Positions 37,588 through 48,509 of a stretch of 64,000 bases of DNA are shown in pieces; within the stretch, counting starts at the first letter, position 1, and each line of letters begins with the position of its first letter. Made by a program: the position numbers and the translations under genes. The DNA is taken from positions 372,001 to 436,000 of the forward strand of contig OZ251228.1 in assembly GCA_965240325.2 (NCBI GenBank). The letters are read 5' to 3'. Below the pieces are notes generated by a model that was not told where the DNA came from, made no database searches, and saw nothing but the letters and a program-made list of their open reading frames with translations. The stretch is from Rebecca billardiae RCC1528. Its lineage: Eukaryota > Protista > Haptophyta.

Positions 37588-39578
37588 CTAGAGCAGCCCG
37601 CCCGAGCTGTTGAGCGTCTCGAAGAGCTGCTGCGCGGGCGCGGACGGCCGCCTTGAGCCCGCGCGCGAGTGCTGCGCGGGCCCCGCGCTCGCGCCCTGGG
37701 CGTCGATGTGCGGCATCGAGCCGCTGCGGCGCGTGTGTCCGGGCGTCCTCCCGTTGGCGCGCTCGGCCGCGCTCGGGCGTCGTCGCCGCACGTCGTCCGC
37801 CGCCTTCTCAAGTCGCTTGAGGAACATGCTGAGTGTGGAGAGGATCGTCTGGGGCTCCACCTCGGCCGCGTCCTCGCCGAAGAGACGCGCGAGCCTGGCC
37901 GCGTGCTCCTCGAGCTCCTCGAGCTCCGCCTTGAACTCCTGCGGGCGGGGCGCGGCGAGCGCGCGCGCGCGCGGGACGCGTGCTGAGATTGCGCGGCGCA
38001 CGGCGCGCAGGCGCCCTCGCCCCTCCCCTTCCGCTGGGTCTGCGCTGAGCGCTGAGCGCTGTGCGCGCGCGCGCGCGCGCTCCGCTCAGGGGGCGCTGAG
38101 CGTGCGCCGAGCGTGTGCGTGCGCCGCACCTCCTGCATCTCAGACGCGGCGTTGTAGAAGAGGGTCAGGCTGTCCACGTACCGACCCTCGTCGACGCCGT
38201 CCGCGCGCGACTGCTCTGCGGTCACAATCTCGCGGTCCACCGTGTCAAGGTCGTCTGACCACTCCTTGTAGCGCGCGCGCAGCTCGGAGAGCGACACCTT
38301 GGTCGCCGCCTCGAGCGGGCCGAGGTCGGAGCGCACCTGCGCCGGCGAGGAGCGCGGTGGGGCGAGGGGGGCGCTCGCGCGAGGCGGGGCATCCACGCGG
38401 CTGAGCGCGTGCGCGCGGAGGGCGGCGGAGGGCGTGCGCGCGGGCGCGCGCGCGCGCGGCTGCTGCGCGGCAGCGCGCAGCCGCCAGCGCGGCGCGGCGC
38501 GGGCGGTCGGGCGCGCCCGTGCCGCGCGCGGCGCGCGGCTGACGCGCGGCGCGCGTGCGCGCACGTCGAGCAGCGACTCGGCGCCGTTGTCCATCAGCGT
38601 CTCCACCACGTAGTGCAGCAGCGTGAGCGTCGGCTCTGCGGAGGAGCGCAACTCGACAAAGCGGACAAGAGACGACAGGCGGAAGCCGGATGCGTTGCCC
38701 TTAAGGGTGCCGGCGTTGAGCTGGTTGCCCACCTCGAGGACGGCCTGGAGCAGCGCGTGCAGCGGCGCGCAGCGCGAGACCGCCTTGGACGTCTGCTCCA
38801 GCGCGCCCACGTGCGTGCACGCCATCTCGAAGTCGTCCTCGAACCGCAGCTTGAAAAGAACGCACCGCACGCGCGCCTCGATGCGCGGGATGGCCGCGAG
38901 CATGCGCAGGTAGCGGTCGGGCTTCGAGAGCTCGGAGTCGTCGCCGTCGAAGGCGAGAAGCTTCTCGGCCTGCGGCGGAGAAGGCGGGGGGCACGCGCGG
39001 CGGGCGGGCGGGCGGGGGTGTGGCGCCAGGGGGCGGCAGGTTGGCAGCGCTGGGCGCGCGCGCGCGCGAATCGAGCGCAGGCGTGTGCGGTGTGCGCGCG
39101 CGCGGGGGCAGCAGCGGCCTGCCACCGCGCGCCGCACCGCGCGCCGCACCGCGCGCGGGCACACGCGCGGCGCGCGCGCGCGGCCGGCGAGCGTGGCCGC
39201 GCGGCTGCCGCGCCTCCACGCACGCGCCGTCCCCCGGCGCGCGCGCGCACCTCCTCCGGCGTGGGCAGGATCTCGAGCACCTGATTGGCCAGCGAGACCG
39301 CGCGATTCTTCTCGGCCTCGGCCTGCGCCTGAGGGTCGGCGGCGCTCGGGTCGAGCTCGGCAGCGAAGGGCCCGGTGGTGGTGTTCGCCTCGAGGATGGC
39401 GTCCATCAGCTCGTCCTCGGTGATCTCGACGAAGCGCCGCCCCAGGATCCCCGCCTGCGGCGACGCGTGCCCCCGCGCCGGCCGCTTCGACAGGTTACTA
39501 ATCAAAATACCCACGTTGGTGGCACGCTTTGGGTCGAGAATGGACACGCGCGCCGGCCGCGCGCTCGCGTCGGCGGGC

Positions 39579-39609
<31 letters not shown>

Positions 39610-39906
39610 GCGCCGCGCCGCCCACCGCCGTCTGCTTCGAGAAGAACAGCCGCTCGAGCCGCTCCGTGTCCACCTTGAGCTGCGGCGGGCTGCCGCCGTC
39701 CGAGGCCGCGCCGGGCAGTACCTGCGCGAGGCTGTTCGCTCCCCACAGCGTCTGCTCGATCCGTCCCTTCGGCAGCTTCTCCCAGTTGAGCGTCATCATC
39801 TTCACCGAGCGCGCGGGCTGCGCCGCCGCGCCGGCGGCTCGCGCGCCGCCGGGCGGCGGCGGCGGCGGTGGCGGCGGCGGCGGGCCGCCGCCCGGCCGCG
39901 GCGGGA

Positions 39907-39943
<37 letters not shown>

Positions 39944-39956
39944 GCCGCCCGGCAAT

Positions 39957-39987
<31 letters not shown>

Positions 39988-40034
39988 GAGGTGGCGGCGG
40001 CGGCGGCGGTGCGGCCGCCCCACCGCCGGGGGCG

Positions 40035-40080
<46 letters not shown>

Positions 40081-41266
40081 CCGGCGGCACAGGAGCAGCG
40101 GCCGCTGCTGGCGGCGGCGGTGCATCCGCGTCGGCGGCAGCGTCAGCGCCCGCCGCGGCAGCGGGCTGCGCAACGGGCGCGGGCGATGCCTCTGCCGCCG
40201 CGGGCGCGGGCGAAGCAGCCGGCACGGGCTTGGCCGCTGCGCCCGGCTGGGCGTGCTGCTGCTGCGAGCCCGACTCCGCCGAGACCGCGTCAGCCCCCTC
40301 GCTCCCGTCGCCCTCGCCGCCGTCCCTGCGCGCCGCGTCGCGCGCCGCGGCCGCGTCAATACCGCCGTGCGCCGCGTCCGTGGCCTCAGGTGAGGCGGAC
40401 GCGGGCACGGGCGGCGAGTCGCTGGCCGCGGGCGTGGCGGCGGCCTCCGCCGCGTCGGCGAGCGCCTGGCGCCAGGGCGCGCTGGGCGCAGGCGAGGCGG
40501 CGGGCGCGTGCGCCTCCGCCGACGCCACCGGCGATGTCGTGGCGGCCGTGGCCGCGTCACCGCGAGTCGCAGCAGCCGCCGCGTCGCCGTCGCCCGCCGC
40601 TCGCGCGGCCGTCGGCGCTGCCGCGGCGTGGTGCTGCTCGGCGTTGTGCTCGGGCGTGGCCGAGATCTCCGCCTGCGCGTCCGCCCACTGCTCCACGCCC
40701 TCCACCAGCAGGTCGTCCTCGCGCAGCTCGCCCTTGCGCAGCCGGTTGCGCCACTCGAGTGCAAGCAATTTCATCTCCATCATTTCGATATTCTTCTCGT
40801 TGATCTGGTCGTCGCGGTCCTCGATCTGGTCCTCGGCGGCCTCGAGCGCCTCGCGCAGCTCGTCCGACTCGGAGCGGGCCTGCTTGAGCTCGTGCTCCGC
40901 GCGCATCAGCGCCGCCTGCAGCCGCGTCGCCTCCTCCTGCGCGCGGCGCGCAGCGGCCGCGCGCCCAGCGCGCGCGTCACGCGCGCCGCCGCGGGCGCAC
41001 TGGGCGCGGCGCGCGCGAGCAGCGCACGGCCGCGCGCGCGGGCGTGACTGAGGACGCACCTCCAGCTGCTGGTTCCGCGCGCTCAGCTGCTCGTTCAGCG
41101 CGATCCCGAACGCATCGCCCAGCCGGCTCACCAGCGCCTTGGGTGCATCGGCCCCGACGCCGGCGGCGGCGCGCACGAGCTGCTCGAGGAGCTCGGCCTG
41201 GGCGGCGAGCCCTGCGGCGGAGAGTGCATTCGCCTGCTCGCGCACGGCCTGCGCGTCGCCCCCCAT
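37588..41266 (-). CDS. Formin (coiled coil, FH1 polyproline, FH2), about 6 exons
   Basis: Poly-Pro tracts at ~39850-40085; FH2 motifs LNWEKLP..TLWG, ILDPKRATNVGILI, ILPTPEE, LEVGNQLNAG..ASGFRLSSL, TLLHYVV, FGED. Confidence 0.92.
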
Positions 41267-41719
41267 CCGCCCTCGGGGGGCTCGCGCGCGGCTCGGAACG
41301 CGCGCCGCCCGGAGCGGAAGCCGGTTCAACCACCGGGCCGCCGCTCAAAGCGGACGAGCCAATCTTGCAGCATCAAAAATCGAACGAGCACCGCCAACCA
41401 TCTTCCGGCTGGTCTTGATTCTCAGCAGCATGGCGGGCTGGCGGCGGACGTCGTGATTGTATTTCATTCCTTTGATTGTACACTATGGTACAATCGAGTC
41501 TGTCAATCGTGCGACGTGCGGCGTACGGTATGGGGGTAGAGGGATGTTGAGCGCCCTTGACCCTGATTTGTGACCTGTGACCCCCCTTGCTTGATTCCTT
41601 TGGTCCCGGCGTGCCCTACCGTCCAACGAGCAAGGGCCCTTGCGGGCCGCCTTTGCAACGAGGCGGGCCACCAAAAAAGGATGAGCAAACACCGCGAAAT
41701 TGGCCACTGTCTTGGCGCC

Positions 41720-44371
41720 ATGCCGGACGCACAACGCCCGGCGGGCGGCGGTGTGGGCAGGGATTCCCCGCCCTCACCAACGCGCCGAGGCCGGGCTCGC
41801 AGCGACAACAGTGGGACGCACGAGGCAGTGTCACCCGGGGCCGCCGCCACCGACGCCGCCACGGCCGTCGCACCCGACGCTGCCGCGCCCAACCCGGGCG
41901 AGCGCATCACGATGTCCGCGCGCCGCCGCACGCTGTCTTCCGTGTTCAAGCGGAAGAGCGGGGGGCACGGCGGCGGGGGCGGCGATGCGGGGGGCGCGAG
42001 CAGCGCGAGCGCCTCGCCGGTCGAGGCCGGGCGCCCATCCTCGCCGCCTGGCGCCGACGCAGAGCGCGGCGCGGGCGCGGGCAAGCCAAGAGGCGCCCGC
42101 GCCAGCTTGCGGCTGCCTCACCTCAGCCTGGACGGGCGGCCGGCGTCGGCGTCGGCCGAGTCGTTGACGACGAGCGCGCCGCCGAGCCGCGTGCCGCGCG
42201 CGGCGAGCCTGCGCATCGGCCGTCGCCGCGCGGACATCGACGCCGCGCCCACCGCCGCAGCGACGAGCCGCGAGGCGCGGCCGCGCCGCCCCATCCTCGG
42301 CCGCTCGCTGTCGGCCGGGCGCTCGCGGCCGAAGCGGGCGGGCGCGTCATCTGAGGAGGAGCGCTCGAGCGCGTCGCCGCCGGCCTCGCGCGAGCGCGGC
42401 GCCCTCGGCCCCTCCTCCTCCTCGCTCTCCGCGTCCGCACCCTCCACCCAGCCCTCACCCTCGCCGCGAGGCGTCGTGCCGTCGTCGCCGCCGTCGGCGC
42501 GGACGGGCGCGGCGTCGATGCCGACGACGCCGCTGCGGCGGAGGCCGCCGGCGGGGGTCCCAACGCCGCCGAGCAGCGCGCGGCAGCCGCCCACGCCGCC
42601 CTCCGCCGCCAAGGCCGCGGTCACGCCCCAGCACCGCCGGACCAACTCCACACCTGAGCAACCGGCCGTGGGCGCGGCCGCGGCGGCCGCGGCGGCCGCG
42701 ACCCAAGCCTCCGCGGCCGCGGCCGCGCCCACCACGGCCGCCGCGCCGCGCGCGAAGGCGGCGGCGGCGAGCGGCGGCGTGGGGCCCCGGCCCGTGCCCA
42801 CGCCCGCGCCCACGCCCGCCCACGCCCCGCCCGGCGGCGTGGGCGGCACGCCGAGCGCGGTGCGGATGCACCTGTTTGCGCCGCGCGCCGGCGCGTCCGG
42901 CGGTGCGTCTGGCTGGTCTGAGCCGATCGAGCTGCCGATCAACGACCCGGTGCCCACGCCGGTGCGGGTGGAGGAGTTCGAGGGCGAGGTGATGCTGCTG
43001 CTCCGCCCGGCCGACGCCCCGCGCGGCGCCTCCTCCGCCTCCTCCGCCGCCGCCGCCGCCGCCGCCGCAGCGCCTCACCACGTGCGAGAGTTTTTCGGCG
43101 CGGCGGAGAATTCCAAATCGCGCTTCGAGATCCAACTGCGTGGCCGCTTCCCGCGCGCGCCGGCGCACCCGCTCTCGCAGCTGTGGCTCGGCGTGGAGCT
43201 GGAGGAGCCGCTCTCGCTCGGCTTCCTCACGCGCGGCGTGTGCGCCACCGCGCTCAAGGTTCTTAGGTCGCTCGCAAAAGGCGCTCTGCACGCGTCATAC
43301 GGCCAGGGGCCCGTGGGCGCGACGGGCGCGCCGCCCGGCGCCGTCGAGCTGCCGCACCTCGCGGTGCCGTTCAGCGCGCTGCGCACGGTGGTCACGCCGG
43401 CGGGCGAGGCGCCGCCGCCGCTCGGCGTGCGCGCGGGCGACGCGCTGTGGCGCGCCGCGGCCAACGGCCAGGGCGGAGACGGCGGCACGCTGCCCGAATC
43501 GGCGCGCTCGGGCGGCTGCGTAACGGTCGGTTACAACTCCTCCTTCCTCGACCCGCACACGTGGACGATGGCGGGGCTGGGCTCGCTGCCGCCGCTCTCG
43601 CTGAGCGACATCCTCGGCGACCTGCCCGTCTACTTCACCGTGTACGCGCTGCGCCCGGACGTGTCCGGTCCGGGCGACGCGCACACGGAGGCGCGCAAGC
43701 ACGTGTACCTGCGCATCCGGATCATGTACGCGCCGGGTAATGCGGGTAATGCGGGTACTGCGGGTACTGCGGCGAGTGCGGCGAGCGGCGCGGCGAGCGG
43801 CGCGGGCGGCGGCGCGCCCGCGCCGCCGGCGGACGCGCCGCCGAGCGGACGCCCGTCGAGCGTCCCCGCCGGCGGCGCCGCGCGGCCCAAGCCCGCGCCC
43901 ACCGCCGCGCGTAGTCAGTGCAGCTCGCCCGCGGCCGCGCGGCGCGACGACGCGGCCGCGGCGGCGGCCGGCGCGGCCGGGCCCGCGCCCAAGCCAGCGG
44001 CGGCGCGCCAGCCGCCCTCGCCCGAGCCGGGCAGCCTGGACGCGCCGGTGGCGACGGTGCGCGGCGCGGGCGGCAGCGCGGCTGGGCTGCCCCCGCTCCC
44101 GCCCTCCGCCGCTAGCGCGGGTGCGCCTTCACACGTCGCGGTCGCGGCCACGGCCGCGGCCGCCGCGCGCAGCGCCGCCGACGGCGGTCGCATGTCTCGG
44201 TCGTCGCCGGCTGGCACGCCGATCGGCACGCCGCCGTTCCCGCCGACGCCGCCGAGCGAGGGCCCCGGCGGTGCGGCTGGCAGCGCGAGCGGCAGTGCGG
44301 AGAAGGGAGCGGTGCCCGGCGGCGGCACCACCGCCGCCGCCGCCGCCGCTTCTGAGCGGGGGAGCGCTGCA

Positions 44372-44409
<38 letters not shown>

Positions 44410-47400
44410 GGCGGCGGCGCCGCCGAGCACGGGCGCCAGCTGGTGGCTGTCGGCGTTGCTCGAGTCATTCGCGTTCGCGAGCGGGCTCGGCGGCGGCGGC
44501 GGCGGCGCGGCCGACACGCGTGCTTCCTCGGAGGACGAGGACGAGGAGGCGGAGGCGGAGGCGGAGGCGGAGGCGGAGGCGGAGGCGGGACCGCCGCCGG
44601 ACGCGGGCGCGGGCTTGGACGAGGTCGAGCTGTCCCTGGCCTTCGACACGTACGGCGCGGAGGGCGGCGCGGGGATCGACGTGGAGCAGGAGGCGGCGGC
44701 GCTGGACGTGCTGCACGAGGAGGACGAGGAGGAGGACGAGTCGGGCGAGGAGGAGGACGGCGGTGTCGACGCCGAACCGGACGGCGGCGCGGACGCACGA
44801 GCAGCGCCCGGCGGCGCGTCAGACGCGGCGGCCGCCGCCGCCGACGCCGCCGACGCCGACGCCGCGGCGCCGGCGGCGCGGCGCGGCGCGGCGGGCGCAG
44901 AGGGCGGGCGTTCCAAGGGGCGGCTCTCGCTTGCCCTCTGGCGCGGCCGCGGTGACGTGCTCCACTCGCTGCGCTCGCGCGTGCCGATGCCTCACGTCTT
45001 TGGCGTCGCCGCACAGTACGGCATGCGCCGCGCGGGCCGCGTGAGGCTTGTCGCCGTGCCGAGGCGGCTGCGGTTTGGCTCGCGCCGCGCCGCGTCGCTC
45101 GGCGGCGGCGGTGGGGCGGAGGACGCGGGCGAGGAGCCGGCGGAGACGCGGCTCCGCGCCATCGCGTGCGTGCGCACGCAGCGCGCCGCCTTCCAATACT
45201 TGCTGTGCGTCGAGCGGCGGCCGCTCGCGGCGGCGGGCGGCGGCGGCGGCAGTCCCGGCGGTGCCGGCGGCGCTGGCGGCGCTGGCGGCGTCGAGCGCGC
45301 ATGGGTGCCAGTCCGTTTCGTTCTCCTCTCCCTCTCGCGCATCTCCGCCGTGATCCGCCGGCTGCCCGCCGCCAAGGCCGCGTATGCCACGGCGCTGCGC
45401 CGCGACGACTTGTCGCACGCGCCACTGCGGCGCCAGCTGGACGCCGTGAACGCGGGGCTGGCGGCGGGGCTGGCGCGCGCGGAGCAGCGCGCGGCGGCAG
45501 CAGAGGAGGGCGGCGCCGCCGAGGCTGGCGAGACGGCCGTGCTCGCGCGCGAGCTCGGCGACTCCATCTCCAAGGCGCAGCTGCAGTTCCTCGCGCCGAG
45601 ATCCGATCTCGGCCGAGCGTTTGGCCTGCGCCGCGCGCGCCGGCGCCAGCTCGCAGAGTCTGAAGGACTCAAGGAGCAAAAACACGGGGGCGGCGGCGGG
45701 GCCGAGCCGGCGGCGAGCGGCGCGGCCGCGGCGGAGGCGGCGCGCGCCGAGGGCGGCGGTGGCGCGGAGCACGCGGGCGGCGGCGCGGATCCGCTGAGCG
45801 CCGGCGCCGCCAACCCAGCCGCCGGCTCCGCCGCCGCGCCGGATGTCGTCGGCGGCGGCGGCGCTGCGGCGGCGGCCGCGGCCGCGGGCGCCTGGCGGCC
45901 ATTGCTGGAGGGCCCCGTGGCGCGCGCTGAGTGGGAGGGCTACATGGTCGAGGAATGGGCGGTGCTCTCACGGTGGGCCCTCTTGTTCATCCACCGGCCG
46001 CGCCGCTCGCCCGGCGCGCGCGGCCAGCTGCGCCGGGGCGCCAAGGACGGCATCGCCATGCTGCAGTCGACGCTGGAGCGCTCGACGCGCCGCATGCCGC
46101 GCGCGCCGTGGCAGCCTCAGTGGACGGGCGCGGCCGCGGCCGCGGTGAGCGGCGGGCGCGCGCGGCTTGAGCAGGAGCAACGGTACCGCTCGCTGCGGCA
46201 GCTGCGGCGTGCGCGCGCGCTCGAGGTGCCGCTGGATGCCGTGCTGGGCGCGCGCGCGCTCAGCGCCGCCGAGTCCGAGCGCATCGTGCCCGGGCTGCAC
46301 TTCTTCTGCGTCGAAACTATTGGCAGGCGCCACTACGTTGCGACGCGCTCCGCGGCGTCATGCGCGCAGTGGGCCGCGGCACTCGCCGAGCGGCTGGCGC
46401 GCGTGCGCGCGCTGCGCGGCGGCGGCGAGCCGAGCTTCAGGCTGCTGATGCCAGCGTGCCTCGCGCTCTCCGCTCCCCAGTACCGCCCGCCCTCGCGGCT
46501 GCTGCTCAATCAGAAGGCGCTCGTCTGGCGGTGCGCGCGCGCTCACGGCCGCGCGCCGCGCCGCGCGCGCCGAGTGCCGTGTGTCGCGCGCGCCGCGCGC
46601 CGCGTGCGCGCTGGGCGGTGCGCGTGCGCGCCACGCAGCGCGCGCTTCGCACCCACCGCCGCCCGCGCCGCCCGCGCCGCCCGCGCCGCGCCCGCGCCGC
46701 GCTGCGCGCAGCCACCCGTACGGCCCTGCGCCGTCGGAGGAGGCGGTGGCGGCGGCGGCGGGCGCTGACCCTCCGCCCGCAAGCCCAGGCGCTGGCGCTC
46801 GCGTGCTCGCGGCACTGTCGGGCAGTGGCCCCAAGCCGCAGGCGGCGGCGCCGAGCGCGCGGCCCGGCCCGCCGCCGCCCGTGCTGTCACTCGCGCGCCC
46901 GCCCCCCGTCGACGTGCACGCGCACTCCGCCGCGCTGCTCGCCGCGGGGCTTGACCTCCTCAGCCGGTACCGCGCGCCTCACGCGCCCGACGCCGCCGCG
47001 CCGAGCACGCCTCGGCTGCCGTCCATCGTGTCGCAGCTCGCGGCCTTCCACGACGCGGCGGCCATGCTGAAAGTGTGCTCGCTCGCGCAGCTGAGCGCCG
47101 CAGAGCTGGTCGCCACCTCCCTCAACCTGTACCACGCGCTGGTCGTGCACAGGTGCGGCGCGCGGGGCTGCGCGCGCGCGGCGGAGAGTGGCGGTGCCGC
47201 CCCTTGCACTGCAGCCGCGCGCTGTGCGCCGCGCCGCGCGCGCGCGCTCGCGCCGTGCTCGCGGCGGGCGGGCGGGCCGCCCCCACTCTCGCGCTGCAGC
47301 CACGCCCGCGCCGCCCCCGCGCGCGCGTGCGTGCACCCTTCCGCCCGCGCGCGCGCGCGCTCGTGACGGCCGCCCCCCTCGCCGCCACCCCGCCGCGCGC

Positions 47401-48374
47401 CCCACACCCTACTCGCCCCCCGCGCACTCTCACGACGCTTCTGCCGCGCTCGCAACGCGCCCCACTAACGCACCCTAACCCTAACCCTAACCCTAACCCC
47501 CACTAACGCACCCGCCACGCGCAGGCTGGTGATGCTGGGCCCCCCGCGCTCGCTGCGAGAGTTCACCGCGATGCAGCGCAACACGTCATACGAGCTGGGC
47601 GGCGAGGTGCTGTGCCCGCTCGAGATCGACCAGCTGCTGCTGCGCGGGCGCGGCGGGCGCGGCGCGTGGGGCCTCGGCGGAGCGGCCACGCCAGGCCGAG
47701 AGGGCGCGCGCGGCAGGCCGCAGGGCGGGTCGCCGGCCGGCGCCGCCGCGCCCGCGACCGCAGACGTCCGAATCTCCCTCGCCCTCAACACGGGCTCGCG
47801 CTCGTGCCTCCCCGCCGTGCCCATCTTCGACGCGCGCACGCTCGACCGCCAGCTTGGCGCGTACGCTCAGGCGGTGCTGGCTAGCTCTGTGCAGATTCTG
47901 CCCGACGTTGCGCAGAGCAGCGCGCCTCTCGGCAGCAGCGTCGTGCCGGGCGTCGCTGTGGGCGCGGCCGCGCTCGGCGCCGAGCGCGGCGGCGCCCACT
48001 CAGCCCTTGTCGTCCTGCCCAAGGTGGTCGAGTGGTACGCCGCCGACTTCGCCGCGGCGGGCGGCGCGAGCGCGGGTGGTGGCGGCGGCGCCACCGCCGC
48101 GCCCAGCGTGACCACCGCCGCCGCGGCCGGCACCGCTGCCGCCTCGGCCGCCGCGACGGCTGCGGGCGCCGCCGGCGCGGCGGCCGACTCGTCAGCGCAC
48201 CGCGAGCGGGACGTACTCGCGGGCGTGGTCCCGCTGATGCCGAGCGCGATGGCGGCCGAGCTGCGCCAGCTCGCGAAGGGCGGGAACCCTGTCGGCGTGC
48301 GCTTCGCGCCGCACGACTTTGTGTGCCACGCGACGCTCACGCGCTGGCATGACCCGTCGTCGCTCTCCGCCTGA
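41720..48374 (+). CDS. Large protein with DUF1769-like, PH-like and C-terminal DUF547 domains (3 exons)
   Basis: FEGEVMLLLR..FEIQLRGRF..LWLGVELEEP..LHASYG..PHLAVP (DUF1769-like); EEWAVL..FCVETIGRRHYVATRSAASCAQWAAAL (PH-like); LNLYHALVVH, YELGG..LEID..LLRG, DVRISLALNTGSRSCLP, LPKVVEWYAADF (DUF547). Introns ~46530-46691 and 47153-47524; start uncertain. Confidence 0.7.
47473..47496. repeat. Interstitial telomere-type repeat (CCCTAA)4 in an intron
   Basis: Flanked by a direct repeat CCCACTAACGCACCC at 47461-47475 and 47499-47513. Confidence 0.85.
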
Positions 48375-48509
48375 CCTTACTTCTTACCGTAGCTGTCCGT
48401 AGCAGCAGTCATGCAGCTGCACTTCCGGGGCACGCTGACGAGGCCTCTCAGTCTCATCGTACTACTCGTGAACTCTCCGTCTCTGGAGTCCCGTGGCGGT
48501 CACTATAAA

